Origin: Methanoculleus sp. UBA303
GTDB lineage: Archaea; Halobacteriota; Methanomicrobia; Methanomicrobiales; Methanoculleaceae
DNA: 64,000 nucleotides
NCBI RefSeq assembly: GCF_002501655.1
Contig: NZ_DANY01000024.1
Direction: 5' to 3' (one strand)
The notes beneath the pieces are model-generated. The model was not told the DNA's origin, did not search any database, and saw nothing but the letters and a program-made list of their open reading frames with translations. Positions 55,264 to 64,000 of this stretch are shown here, piece by piece (within the stretch, counting starts at the first letter, position 1; every line of letters begins with the position of its first letter). Made by a program: the position numbers and the translations under genes.

Positions 55264-55908
55264 ATGAAGATCACAGATGCCAGCGTATGTCCCTATCCTG
55301 ACGGTGACTCTACGCTTGCGCGGATGGCGCTCGAAGCAGCAGAACTCGGGTTCGATAGCATCGTAGCCATCGGCGAGGGGGGGCACCGGGTCCCCGGACT
55401 GGAGGTTCTCCGGGGTACCGTGATCAGTGCCTCGTCCCAGAAGGACGTCATCAGGCAGGTGCGCGGGCCCGTCGCCCGGCGTGCCGACGTGGTCTTTGTC
55501 AACGCAGGGGATACCTCCTTCAACCGGGCCATCGTCTCGGTGAAAGAGGTGCACGTCGTCAGGAACATCCATAACGCCCGGAGGAACGCCTTCGACCATG
55601 TCGCTGCACGGTCGGCAGCAGAGCATAGCGTGGCGGTGGACGTCTCGATGGCTCCCATCATACAGTACCGGGGGACCAGACGCCAGAGGGTGCTCCAGCG
55701 GTATGCGGACATCCTTTCGCTCCAACGGCGCTATGGCTTTCCGCTGACGATATCGTCGGGCGCATGCTCGATACTTGGGCAGCGGCCCGTCCGCGACGTC
55801 CGGGGCCTCTGCGCGCTCTTCGGCATGACCGGGGGGGAAGTGAGTGAGGCCCTCGGATCCATTGGCCGGCTTATTGAACCCGAGCGGCCTGTGAGGGTGG
55901 TCAGATGA
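55264..55908 (+). CDS. rnp3: Ribonuclease P protein subunit Rpp30
   Basis: PHP-like fold; position in the conserved operon; FDHVAARSAA...VAVD, LTISSGA. Confidence 0.88.
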   Translation: MKITDASVCPYPDGDSTLARMALEAAELGFDSIVAIGEGGHRVPGLEVLRGTVISASSQKDVIRQVRGPVARRADVVFVNAGDTSFNRAIVSVKEVHVVRNIHNARRNAFDHVAARSAAEHSVAVDVSMAPIIQYRGTRRQRVLQRYADILSLQRRYGFPLTISSGACSILGQRPVRDVRGLCALFGMTGGEVSEALGSIGRLIEPERPVRVVR

Positions 55909-56387
55909 AGCCAAGGCCCCCGGCGATGCGGACAAAGCGACGTTACATCCTGGCGCGGATCCTCCCTTACGGGATGAAGGTGGACCAGAAACAGGTGTAT
56001 CTCTCGGTCATCGAGGCCGCGACGTCCCTCTGGGGGGATGCGGCTACCGGTCTTGCGCAGCCGGCGGTGGTCTTCTGCGACGGCGGGTATGCGGTGGTCC
56101 GGTGCCGCCGGGGAACAGAGAAGGATATCGCCACCGCTCTTGCAACGGTCACCGCGATCGGGGACGAGCAGGCTGCACTCCGGACGGTCGCCACCTCCGG
56201 GACCATCCATGCACTACGGCGCCGGATAAAGCCGATCCGGCTCCTCTCCGAGACCGGGGAGATGAAGCTCGGGGAGAATTATTTTACGGTGTACCGCTAT
56301 CCCCGTCAAAAGGTTGATTTGGTTGAAAAAGGTATTAAGCATCAGATGTCATTGTTTTTCACCGAAGCCGATTTGGAGGAACGATAA
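55905..56387 (+). CDS. rnp2: Ribonuclease P protein subunit Pop5/Rpp14
   Basis: PPAMRTKRRYI, VVRCRRG, TSGTIHALRR. Confidence 0.92.
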   Translation: MKPRPPAMRTKRRYILARILPYGMKVDQKQVYLSVIEAATSLWGDAATGLAQPAVVFCDGGYAVVRCRRGTEKDIATALATVTAIGDEQAALRTVATSGTIHALRRRIKPIRLLSETGEMKLGENYFTVYRYPRQKVDLVEKGIKHQMSLFFTEADLEER

Positions 56388-57109
56388 TGCAACCACAATA
56401 TCAAATGGGATATGACCGGGCGATCACGGTATTCAGCCCGGACGGAAGGCTCTATCAGGTTGAGTACGCCAGAGAAGCAGTGAAACGGGGCACAACGGCC
56501 GTCGGCATCAAGTGCAGCGAAGGCGTCGTGCTGATTGTTGACAAAAGGGTGACGTCCCGTCTCCTCGAACCGGTGTCCATCGAGAAGATCTTCAAGATCG
56601 ACACGCACATCGGTGTGGCGTCCTCCGGTCTCGTCGGCGATGCGCGGTCCCTTGTGGATAGGGCACGGGTCGAGTCTCAGATCAACCGGGTCTCCTACAA
56701 CGAGCCCATCAACGTCGAGACCCTGGCCAAGAAACTCTGCGACCACATGCAGACGTACACCCAGTTCGGCGGTGCGCGCCCCTACGGAACTGCTCTCCTG
56801 ATTGCAGGGGTCAGCGACGGAGAGGCCCGGCTGTTTGAGACCGATCCAAGCGGCACGCTGCTCGAATACAAGGCGACCGGGATCGGCACAGGCCGGCCTG
56901 CGGTCATGAAGGTCTTCGAGGACGAGTACCAGGAAGAGGCGGACTTCACCGGCGCCATCAAACTCGGTATCAAGGCCCTGCACGCCGCAACAGAAGGCAA
57001 GCTGGATGTGAGCGCCATCGAGATCGGCGTTGTCTCCATCGCGACCCGGGAGTTCCGGAAGCTAGGGAAGGACGAAGTGAAGACCTACGTTGATCAGTTC
57101 GAAGAGTGA
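56387..57109 (+). CDS. psmA: Proteasome alpha subunit
   Basis: YDRAITVFSPDGRLYQVEYA, RPYG, TDPSG. Confidence 0.98.
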   Translation: MQPQYQMGYDRAITVFSPDGRLYQVEYAREAVKRGTTAVGIKCSEGVVLIVDKRVTSRLLEPVSIEKIFKIDTHIGVASSGLVGDARSLVDRARVESQINRVSYNEPINVETLAKKLCDHMQTYTQFGGARPYGTALLIAGVSDGEARLFETDPSGTLLEYKATGIGTGRPAVMKVFEDEYQEEADFTGAIKLGIKALHAATEGKLDVSAIEIGVVSIATREFRKLGKDEVKTYVDQFEE

Positions 57110-57121
57110 GCGTTACCATCC

Positions 57122-57826
57122 ATGATACCCCTGGACCAGGCCGTTGTAGCGCGGCTTGAGAGTTACGGAGAACGGTTTGAGGTGCTTGTCGACCCTGATC
57201 AGGCTATGCGTATCCGTCAGGGGGATGACGTCGAACTGGAGGAGGCGGTTGCAGCCGACTACGTCTTCTCGAACGCCGCTCATGCTGAGCGGGCCTCAGA
57301 CGAGGCCCTCCTGAAGGTCTTCAAGACGACCGAGTTCGAGCCGGTCGCACTCAGGATCATCCAGAAGGGCGAGATCCATCTCACCTCCGAACAGCGCCGC
57401 CACCTTATCGCCGAGAAGCGGAACCGTGTCGTCACGTTCATATCAAGGAACGCCGTCAACCCGCAGTCTGGTTTCCCTCACCCGCCGCAGCGTATCGAGC
57501 TTGCTATGGAAGAGGCGAGGGTGAACATCGACCCCTTCAAGTCCGTGGAGGAGCAGGTCAAAGAGGTAGTCAAGGCACTCCGCCCCCTTCTCCCCATACG
57601 GTTTGAGGAGGTCCGCATCGCTGTGAAGATCCCCGCGGATTATGCCGCGAAGGCCTACGGGGAGCTCCAGACAGCGGTGACGCTCGAGCAGAACGAGTGG
57701 CAGAAGGATGGTTCCTGGATTGCCGTCGTCAGAATTCCGGCGGGTATCCAGGAAGAGTTCTATGACCTGATCAATAAAATCTCCAAGGGGAATGCAGAGA
57801 CCCGGATTGTCGAACGCAAGTCGTGA
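57122..57826 (+). CDS. sdo1: Ribosome maturation protein SBDS/Sdo1
   Basis: RFEVLVDP, GEIHLT, PHPPQRIELAMEEA, LPIRFE. Confidence 0.96.
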   Translation: MIPLDQAVVARLESYGERFEVLVDPDQAMRIRQGDDVELEEAVAADYVFSNAAHAERASDEALLKVFKTTEFEPVALRIIQKGEIHLTSEQRRHLIAEKRNRVVTFISRNAVNPQSGFPHPPQRIELAMEEARVNIDPFKSVEEQVKEVVKALRPLLPIRFEEVRIAVKIPADYAAKAYGELQTAVTLEQNEWQKDGSWIAVVRIPAGIQEEFYDLINKISKGNAETRIVERKS

Positions 57827-57881
57827 GTAACTATATTAATCGACAGCACAAAAATTAGAGGACATACAAGAGGTACGCGAA

Positions 57882-58172
57882 ATGGCAAGTCGCAAACAGA
57901 GGGCCAAGGGCAGGGTAGTTGGAAGTGCCGGGCGTCTCGGCCCGAGGTACGGCCGGTTTATCCGGAAGAGAGTAAACCAGATTGAGCAGGTCTCCCGCGC
58001 ACGTCACGCCTGCCCCCGCTGCGACCAGGAATCGGTCCGGCGTGAAGGAACAGGTATCTGGACATGCCGCAAGTGCGGGTTTAAGTTTGCAGGTGGCAGC
58101 TACGTCCCGGAGACTCCGGCGATGCGCGTGGCTGTGAGGAGCATCGAGCGCTCGCTGCAGAGGGAGGGCTAA
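57882..58172 (+). CDS. rpl37ae: 50S ribosomal protein L37Ae
   Basis: GRLGPRYG, CPRC, TGIWTCRKC, FAGGSY. Confidence 0.97.
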   Translation: MASRKQRAKGRVVGSAGRLGPRYGRFIRKRVNQIEQVSRARHACPRCDQESVRREGTGIWTCRKCGFKFAGGSYVPETPAMRVAVRSIERSLQREG

Positions 58173-58178
58173 TCAGTC

Positions 58179-58310
58179 TTGGCTGCCTATAAGTGCGCTC
58201 GTTGTAAACAGAAAGTGGAGATCGATGTAAATATACGCTGTCCCTACTGCGGACACCGCATCCTCTTTAAGGAACGCGGAGCCGGAATAAAAGATCTGAA
58301 GGCTCGATGA
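58179..58310 (+). CDS. rpoP: DNA-directed RNA polymerase subunit P (Rpo12); too short for the ORF track
   Basis: TTG start; YKCARC...[14 protein letters not shown]; 43 aa; canonical position after rpl37ae. Confidence 0.93.
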   Translation: MAAYKCARCKQKVEIDVNIRCPYCGHRILFKERGAGIKDLKAR

Positions 58311-58711
58311 CGGTCGTCACGACGTCACGCAAACCGCTCCCCGAGGTGCGCTCCCTCTCCCGGGATCTGGCGTTCGCGATCGGCGGGGAGTATATCACCC
58401 GTGGCAAGGCGGGCATGGGTGATCTCTTCTCCCTTGATGAGTCGATTGTGATCGTCTCCAAATCAGGTCCTCTTTTTCTCATTCAGGTCTTCTCGGACGT
58501 AGAACCAGTGGCGGAGATCTCCGTCAAGTCGTTTGCCGTCGAGAAGCGTGCCGGAGAGATTACCCGGGGGCTTTTCGTCTCGGACCGCCCCGTATACGAG
58601 GCGCTCAAGGATCAGCTCAACGTCGTTTTTGCCGGTGAAACTCTCTCGGAGCACCGTATCGTCTTCGACGGGACACAGCGGAAACGCTACACCCTGAAGG
58701 TTGTCCCGTGA
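58307..58711 (+). CDS. Brix/Imp4-like protein (short)
   Basis: VTTSRKP...RSLSRDLA...RGKAG; canonical operon position. Confidence 0.85.
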   Translation: MTVVTTSRKPLPEVRSLSRDLAFAIGGEYITRGKAGMGDLFSLDESIVIVSKSGPLFLIQVFSDVEPVAEISVKSFAVEKRAGEITRGLFVSDRPVYEALKDQLNVVFAGETLSEHRIVFDGTQRKRYTLKVVP

Positions 58712-58953
58712 AGCATACGGCAGCGTTCCGGTTCACGACCGCCGATGCCCGTGCCCTCTACCTCTCCGTCTGTCAGGAGATGGGTGACGTGGGGGACCGG
58801 TCGTCCGCCCGAGTACGGCTCGCGGGGGACGATACGCTCATCCTCGAGGTGACTGCCGCCGACATACCGGCGCTCCGGGCGGCCCTCAACACCTGGCTGC
58901 GACTTATCAACATAGCAGTCGAGGTTCGGGAGATCGCCGTCCCATCCGGGTAA
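58708..58953 (+). CDS. pcc1: KEOPS complex subunit Pcc1
   Basis: AADIPALRAALNTWLRLI. Confidence 0.92.
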   Translation: MKHTAAFRFTTADARALYLSVCQEMGDVGDRSSARVRLAGDDTLILEVTAADIPALRAALNTWLRLINIAVEVREIAVPSG

Positions 58954-59052
58954 TGCCGGGGCGAGCCGATGGCAACCGTCCCTTTCCTGGTACCGCGGGT
59001 TTCCCCGGGAGCGGATCGTTCTCCTTCCCCGGGCACATGATGGGCCGGGAAT

Positions 59053-59106
59053 GGGCGTGACGAAGTTCTCTTTCCCGAACCCTCACATTTTATGGGTTCC
59101 ACGCCC
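59053..59106. repeat. Intergenic nested hairpin (REP-like)
   Basis: GGGCGTG (59053) pairs with CACGCCC (59100) and GAACCC (59077) pairs with GGGTTC (59094). Confidence 0.4.
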
Positions 59107-59199
59107 CTATCATGTAGAGAATGGACAGAGGGTCGGGAAGGCCCACTGTCCGCCACCCCAAATATTGTTACCCATCTCCGCCCCATTCAATGAGGATTG

Positions 59200-59571
59200 A
59201 TGAATATGGAAAATATTCCACCGAAAGTCCAGAACCAGCTGGCGATGCTCCAGCAGATGCAGCAGCAGCTGCAGACTGTAGTCTCACAGAAAGCACAGTA
59301 CGAACTGACGATCCGCGAAGCCAGGCGGGCGGTCGAGGATCTCGCTGACGTCTCTGAGGATGCGGCGGTCTTCATGAACGTCGGCAGCGTGATGATGCAG
59401 AAGAGCAGGGAACAGGTACTCGCCTCCTTAAACGAGCGCATCGAGACGCTCGAACTCCGGGTTAAGTCGCTCGAAAAGCAGGAGAAGGCCCTGCAGGGCA
59501 GGTTTGAGCAGTTGTCCTCACAGATCCGGGGAGCACTGGAAGGGAAACAGCAGCCTCCCGGCGCTACCTGA
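59200..59571 (+). CDS. pfdB: Prefoldin beta subunit
   Basis: IPPKVQNQL...QQQLQ, VFMNVGSVMM, LELRVKSLEKQE. Confidence 0.96.
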   Translation: MNMENIPPKVQNQLAMLQQMQQQLQTVVSQKAQYELTIREARRAVEDLADVSEDAAVFMNVGSVMMQKSREQVLASLNERIETLELRVKSLEKQEKALQGRFEQLSSQIRGALEGKQQPPGAT

Positions 59572-59613
59572 ACCCCGAATTCATTTTTGCTGAGTGAAAA
59601 AGGGGTGAGGTGT

Positions 59614-61173
59614 TCACTCATCCCGCTTTCTGTCATTCTTTCGTGTCCGGCATACGAGGTTGATCGCGTTGATCACCGCCTCGACCGATGCGAGGATGAT
59701 ATCGTCGCTTGAGGCGCTGGCATCAAAGACCCGGCCCCGCTCATCCTCGACGGCGATGGTGACGTGCCCCAGGGCATCGGTGCCCCCGGAGATTGCCTCG
59801 ATGTTGAACTCCTTGAGGTGAACCGGGGCCGGGATGATGCCGAGGATCGCTCGCACGGCCGCATCCACCGGCCCGTTGCCGACACTCGAGAAGATATGCT
59901 CAACTCCCTCGACGGTCGCCCTGACACTGGCTGTCGGGATAACGTGGTTGCCGGTCATAATGGCGACATCCTGGAGTATCAGGGTCTTCTCGTCGGGCGC
60001 AAGCTGCATGACGCTTCCGGCGATCTCGTAGAGGTCTGCATCCGTCACCCGCTTGCCCTTGCCGGCAATCCCCTTCACCCGCAGGACGATCTCGTCCAGC
60101 TGGGCATCGGCGGGCTCCATGTGCACCTCGGCGAGCATCTGCCTGACCGCATGCCTGCCGGCGTGTTTGCCGAGTTTCAGCCTGCGCCGGTGACCGACCA
60201 TCTCCGGCGTCATGATCCCGGGTTCGAACGTATCCGATCGGGTGATCACGCCGTGGGAGTGGATCCCGCTCTCGTGAGCAAAGGCGTTCTCGCCGACGAT
60301 CGGCTGTGTAGCGGGGATGCTCATTCCTGCGTAGCGCGAGACAAGCCTGGAGGTCTCGACAAGGCTCGTCGTCCTGATTCCGGTATCGATACCATAGATG
60401 GACGATAGGACCATTACAGTCTGCGCGAGGTCGGCGTTGCCCGCCCGCTCGCCGATGCCGTTCACCGTCACCTGCACCTGGGAGGCGCCGCTCTCGACCG
60501 CCGCGATGGTGTTTGCCACCGCAAGCCCGAAGTCGTTGTGACAGTGGACGTCGATAGGGCAGTTCACCTCCCGGTCGATCCGGGTGATGAGGTGTTTCAT
60601 GGCCGTCGGTGTGATCACCCCGACCGTGTCGGGGACGTTGATGATCGTGGCCCCGGCGTCCACCGCAGTGCGGTATACCTCTATCAGGTAATCCGGATCT
60701 GTTCTCGTGGCGTCCATGGCGGAGAACATGCACTGGCCGATATGGTCCCGGGCATACGCGATGATGTCGCCGGTGGCCTCAAGGACCTGCTCGCGGGTCT
60801 TTCTGATGGTGTACTCGCGCTGGACATCGGACGTCGGGATGAAGACATGGACCATATCGACGTCGCAGTCGATACACGCATCCACATCGGCCGCGAGCGA
60901 TCGCGCGAGGCCGCAGACCTGCGTATCCAGGCCAAGGCCCCTGATGGCCTTGACGATCTCACGCTCGGCATCGGAGGATGCGGGAAAGCCTGCTTCGATG
61001 GTGTGCACTCCGATCAGGGAGAGTTGCTCAGCAATACCGAGTTTCTCTTCACGCGTGAATGAGATGCCCGGTGTTTGTTCACCGTCGCGCAGTGTGGTGT
61101 CGAAAACAGTGACGTTACTTTTCGCACGGCTATCGGTGAAGAAGACAGTACGCTTCAGCGTTCCTGGGTGCAT
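59614..61173 (-). CDS. leuA: 2-isopropylmalate synthase
   Basis: [14 protein letters not shown] and CGLAR (LeuA-type rather than CimA EAGSA), [28 protein letters not shown]; exact start uncertain. Confidence 0.85.
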   Translation of the reverse strand: MHPGTLKRTVFFTDSRAKSNVTVFDTTLRDGEQTPGISFTREEKLGIAEQLSLIGVHTIEAGFPASSDAEREIVKAIRGLGLDTQVCGLARSLAADVDACIDCDVDMVHVFIPTSDVQREYTIRKTREQVLEATGDIIAYARDHIGQCMFSAMDATRTDPDYLIEVYRTAVDAGATIINVPDTVGVITPTAMKHLITRIDREVNCPIDVHCHNDFGLAVANTIAAVESGASQVQVTVNGIGERAGNADLAQTVMVLSSIYGIDTGIRTTSLVETSRLVSRYAGMSIPATQPIVGENAFAHESGIHSHGVITRSDTFEPGIMTPEMVGHRRRLKLGKHAGRHAVRQMLAEVHMEPADAQLDEIVLRVKGIAGKGKRVTDADLYEIAGSVMQLAPDEKTLILQDVAIMTGNHVIPTASVRATVEGVEHIFSSVGNGPVDAAVRAILGIIPAPVHLKEFNIEAISGGTDALGHVTIAVEDERGRVFDASASSDDIILASVEAVINAINLVCRTRKNDRKRDE

Positions 61174-61305
61174 CAGCGTTTGTAGAGTTCATATTTACTC
61201 ATTATCGGAGGTTGTATATAAAGAATAACACCTGGAGCGTGCAGTGCCCGGAGGATTAGGCGAAATCTATAATAACAACTCCCGCTAACATTATTAGAGC
61301 AGAGA

Positions 61306-61412
61306 CCCGCCTTAACTCAGACTGGTAGAGTGCGCGGCTGTAGTATAGTCTTCGCTCTCGGGCGAACTGCGCGGCTACCGCGATGTCCCCGGTTCGAATC
61401 CGGGAGGCGGGA
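61306..61412 (+). tRNA. tRNA-Tyr(GTA) with 33-nt intron at the canonical 37/38 position (61344-61376)
   Basis: CCCGCCT/AGGCGGG acceptor stem; CGCGG-CTGTAG|intron|A-CCGCG anticodon arm; GGTTCGAATCC. Confidence 0.95.
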
Positions 61413-61430
61413 TCCTCATCAACAAAGAGT

Positions 61431-61503
61431 GCCCAGGTAGTGTAGTGGCCTATCATGACGGCCTGTCACGCCGTCGACACGGATTCGAATTCCGTCCTGG
61501 GCG
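61431..61503 (+). tRNA. tRNA-Asp(GTC)
   Basis: GCCCAGG/CCTGGGC acceptor stem; ACGGC-CTGTCAC-GCCGT anticodon arm. Confidence 0.97.
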
Positions 61504-61727
61504 TAATTTCCTCCCATTTTCCCTGAATGCAGCGGAGCGTATCTCCATCGCTGATGGAGGAGAAATTACTCCCTGACGGCCAGGAATACGCCGGGAAGTG
61601 CCGTAGGTTTGCCATAATCTCTAACTGCTACAATCCAGTAATTGGGATAATTGAAAGTTATTATATACCGGATTTTAATTTTATTTCTCAGATAAAATAT
61701 ATATACCTGAATGCAGTATCCGGTGTC

Positions 61728-61853
61728 ATGCACGATCTGGCAAAATGGATTGAGAGTGATCCCGTATTCCACACTCTGGGGACGCTCATCATCGGGACTG
61801 GTATTCTCGTTCTTGCAGGTTTGATACTATATACCTGCGGGTTTCTGATCTGA
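61728..61853 (+). CDS. Small single-TM membrane protein, 41 aa
   Basis: ATG about 25-30 nt downstream of an AATATATATA TATA-like tract; hydrophobic TLGTLIIGTGILVLAGLILYTCGFLI. Confidence 0.45.
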   Translation: MHDLAKWIESDPVFHTLGTLIIGTGILVLAGLILYTCGFLI

Positions 61854-62122
61854 CGGCGGATCGCGATCGCCGGGGTAGTGTGCTACGGCAGGCCCCGGCG
61901 GCCTGAAGTATTGTCATGCGACGGTGCCCTCTGCCCTTCTCCTGAAGTGTTATTCAGTCCTGTGCCACCGGGACCGGGGGTTCACCCTTGCGGCCCCTTA
62001 CCTGCATGAGGTGCCGAGGGCACCCTGCCCGCTGCTCGCCGCCTGAAGGCGAATGATCAACTCTTATTATAAATCCCCCTTAACGTGTGATACGAGCAGT
62101 TATGCTGCGGATGTGACATAAG

Positions 62123-62644
62123 ATGAACCACAATGTGCTACCAGAGGTTGGAGACGGTTGTTTGAACGGGCAGGTCCCTGACACTCTGCTGGCCGGGCTC
62201 TCCGATCCGGATAAGGCGGTGCGGGCGGAGGCTATGCACGGGCTCGCAGCGATTGGAAGACCGGCTGTACCTGCCTGTATTGCCTTACTACAGGACGGCG
62301 ACTGGAAGGTGCGCTACCGGGCGGCGGAGGCCCTTGGCCTGATCGGTGACGGTGAGGCGTATGCACCCCTCACTGCAGCCCTCGGCGACGGAAAAGACCA
62401 TGTCCGCTACATGGCGGCGAAGGGGCTCGGGCTGCTTGGCGATCCCCGGGCAGTTACGCGCCTTGGAGCCATGCAGCGCGACGAGAACGAGTTTGTGCGG
62501 CGGAGTGCTGCCGGTTCCCTCGGGAAGATCGGCGGCGAGGAGGCGATCGGGATGCTCCGTGCGGCTCTCAGGGACGAGGCGACCGAAGGCGTCCGTGCGG
62601 CGATCCATGCGGCGCTTCATGATGCGGGAGCGGATGGGGCTTAA
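62123..62644 (+). CDS. HEAT/PBS-lyase repeat protein
   Basis: Repeats WKVRYRAAEALG, DHVRYMAAKGLG, EFVRRSAAGSLG. Confidence 0.9.
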   Translation: MNHNVLPEVGDGCLNGQVPDTLLAGLSDPDKAVRAEAMHGLAAIGRPAVPACIALLQDGDWKVRYRAAEALGLIGDGEAYAPLTAALGDGKDHVRYMAAKGLGLLGDPRAVTRLGAMQRDENEFVRRSAAGSLGKIGGEEAIGMLRAALRDEATEGVRAAIHAALHDAGADGA

Positions 62645-62674
62645 CACTCTCCCCATACCCATCCATCCGTCGCA

Positions 62675-63403
62675 CTAAGGGCAGTCGTTTCTCACGACGA
62701 TAACGGTGATGTTGTCGGTGCCTGCCGCGTTCCTGGCGGCATCGATCAGTCTCCGGCATGCCGCGTCGGGCTCGCTCGCCATCACGATCTCCCGAATCAT
62801 GCTCTCCGGGACGTAGTCGTGGAGCCCGTCCGAGGTGATCACCAGGACCGCCCCGGCGATCTCCATGAGGTCGAGGTCGACCTGCACCCGTGTCTCAAGC
62901 CCGAGTGCCTGCGTCAGGATGTTCTTTCCCGGATAGAGCATCGCTTCGGCAGGGGAGAGTACTCCTGCGTCCACCAGACCCTGAACGTAACTCTGGTCGC
63001 GCGTATGCCAGACGGATGACGGTGTCACGATGTGAGTCCTGCTGTCGCCCACCGTGCCGATCCAGCACCTCCCTGACTCGCTGACGATCGCCGCCGAGAG
63101 CGTTGTTGCGGCGTTCAGGCGCATCTCCCGGTTGTAGGCGTACACTGCGGCGTTTACGCGCTGGAATGCATCTTCGAGCACTGCGGCAGGTCCGGCCTCA
63201 GAGAGGCCCTCGCCCGCAGCCTCTGCGAGGACCGCGACGGCCATCCTGCTCGCAACGTCTCCGCAGGCATGCCCACCGAGTCCGTCGGCGACGGCGAATA
63301 CATGATATCCGTCCACCCGACCCGCAAAATATGCATCCTCATTCCGTTCCCGCCCCCCGAGGTCGCTCATCGCTGCGTACCGGAGTCCTGACTCTCCCCT
63401 CAC
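62675..63403 (-). CDS. PP2C-family Ser/Thr protein phosphatase
   Basis: GGRERNEDA, VADGLGGH, VGDSR, NILTQALG, TSDGL, GTDNIT; start uncertain (63403 or 63472). Confidence 0.93.
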   Translation of the reverse strand: MRGESGLRYAAMSDLGGRERNEDAYFAGRVDGYHVFAVADGLGGHACGDVASRMAVAVLAEAAGEGLSEAGPAAVLEDAFQRVNAAVYAYNREMRLNAATTLSAAIVSESGRCWIGTVGDSRTHIVTPSSVWHTRDQSYVQGLVDAGVLSPAEAMLYPGKNILTQALGLETRVQVDLDLMEIAGAVLVITSDGLHDYVPESMIREIVMASEPDAACRRLIDAARNAAGTDNITVIVVRNDCP

Positions 63404-63475
63404 CTGCTCTGCACCCAGGAATCCTGGGGCGCCTGATCGAATATTCTTTTGGTGGCGGAACTTCCCGCCCATTAC

Positions 63476-64000
63476 TTAAGGAAACCCGCGATGCAGCCCG
63501 TTCTCCCTGGCGCAACCAATGGCATACCCGTACTCCCGCGCCGTGATCGGGCGCTGGAGCGCCGCAAGCACCGGGCTTCTCCCTCCCTCAGCCGCCCTCC
63601 ACGCCGGATGGTACTGGGCCATGATGTTCACGTAGGAGTCCCGCGAGATCTCCTCGGCGATGAACTGCATCACGATCTCGCTGTTTGCGAGGTTCCCCGG
63701 GAGCACCAGGTGACGGATGATCATGCCCCGCACCGCAAGACCATCTCTGACCACCAGGTCCCCGACCTGCCGGTGCATCTCCGCGAGCGCGGCCTGCATG
63801 CGGGCGGTGTAGTCGGGGGCATGGGAGAGTTCCCACGCCACATCGTCCCGTCCGTACTTCGCGTCCGGCATGTAGATGTCGATGACGCCGTCAAGGAGCC
63901 GGAGAGTCTCCACGGAGTCGTAGCCCCCGCTGTTGTAGACCAACGGGATATTGAGGCCGCGATCGGCGGCGATGGCGACCGCACGGAGGATCTGGGGGAC
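63476..64000 (-). CDS. Radical SAM protein, PflX-like (5' part outside window)
   Basis: PLVYNSGGYD, DIYMPDAKY, IIRHLVLP, VNIMAQYHP. Confidence 0.88.
   Translation of the reverse strand, partial: VPQILRAVAIAADRGLNIPLVYNSGGYDSVETLRLLDGVIDIYMPDAKYGRDDVAWELSHAPDYTARMQAALAEMHRQVGDLVVRDGLAVRGMIIRHLVLPGNLANSEIVMQFIAEEISRDSYVNIMAQYHPAWRAAEGGRSPVLAALQRPITAREYGYAIGCARENGLHRGFP

Noticed and set aside
59614-61173. Assignment as citramalate synthase CimA
   Set aside because: EAGFP and CGLAR match LeuA-type sequences better than the EAGSA pattern of methanogen CimA.
61344-61376. tRNA-Tyr intron as a novelty
   Set aside because: An intron at the canonical 37/38 position is common in archaeal tRNA-Tyr; listed as a feature only.

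Overview
Archaeal DNA from a GC-rich methanogen. Gene content and order suggest Methanomicrobiales, Methanoculleus-like (inference). The window has two halves. Bases 1 to ~38219 are a mosaic defence island that runs off the left edge and ends on the right at a tyrosine integrase next to the 3' end of tRNA-Glu(CTC). The island carries recognisable parts: a GajB-like UvrD helicase coupled to type I hsdR, a complete type III-like Wadjet operon (jetD-A-B-C), a HIT protein plus a frameshifted HNH nuclease, and an RNase III-domain protein. It also carries modules I cannot assign to a named system. (a) Two paralogous HhH/OGG-fold glycosylase-like genes bracket a GIY-YIG + nitrilase-fold fusion and a CARF-wHTH regulator, followed by a TPR-cold-shock-domain gene. 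(b) A two-gene operon encodes a Swt1-HEPN + SNF2 helicase and a sacsin/HSP90-like ATPase with an HNH-like tail. (c) An 877-aa AT-rich membrane-anchored orphan. Between 33.2 and 35.0 kb lies a non-coding backbone with a predicted multi-helix element, helically phased TTCAG repeats and a TAACGTTA palindrome array. Bases ~38220-64000 are core genome: DRG GTPase, trm1, DGGGP synthase, mtnA, hdrA-like, coaD, pyrBI, trmI, NAC, RecJ-like, nnr, moaC, the rpl15e-rnp3-rnp2-psmA-sdo1-rpl37ae-rpoP-Brix-pcc1-pfdB superoperon without exosome genes, leuA, tRNA-Arg, intron-containing tRNA-Tyr, tRNA-Asp, PP2C and a radical SAM gene. All family calls come from motif recognition by eye; no database search was run.
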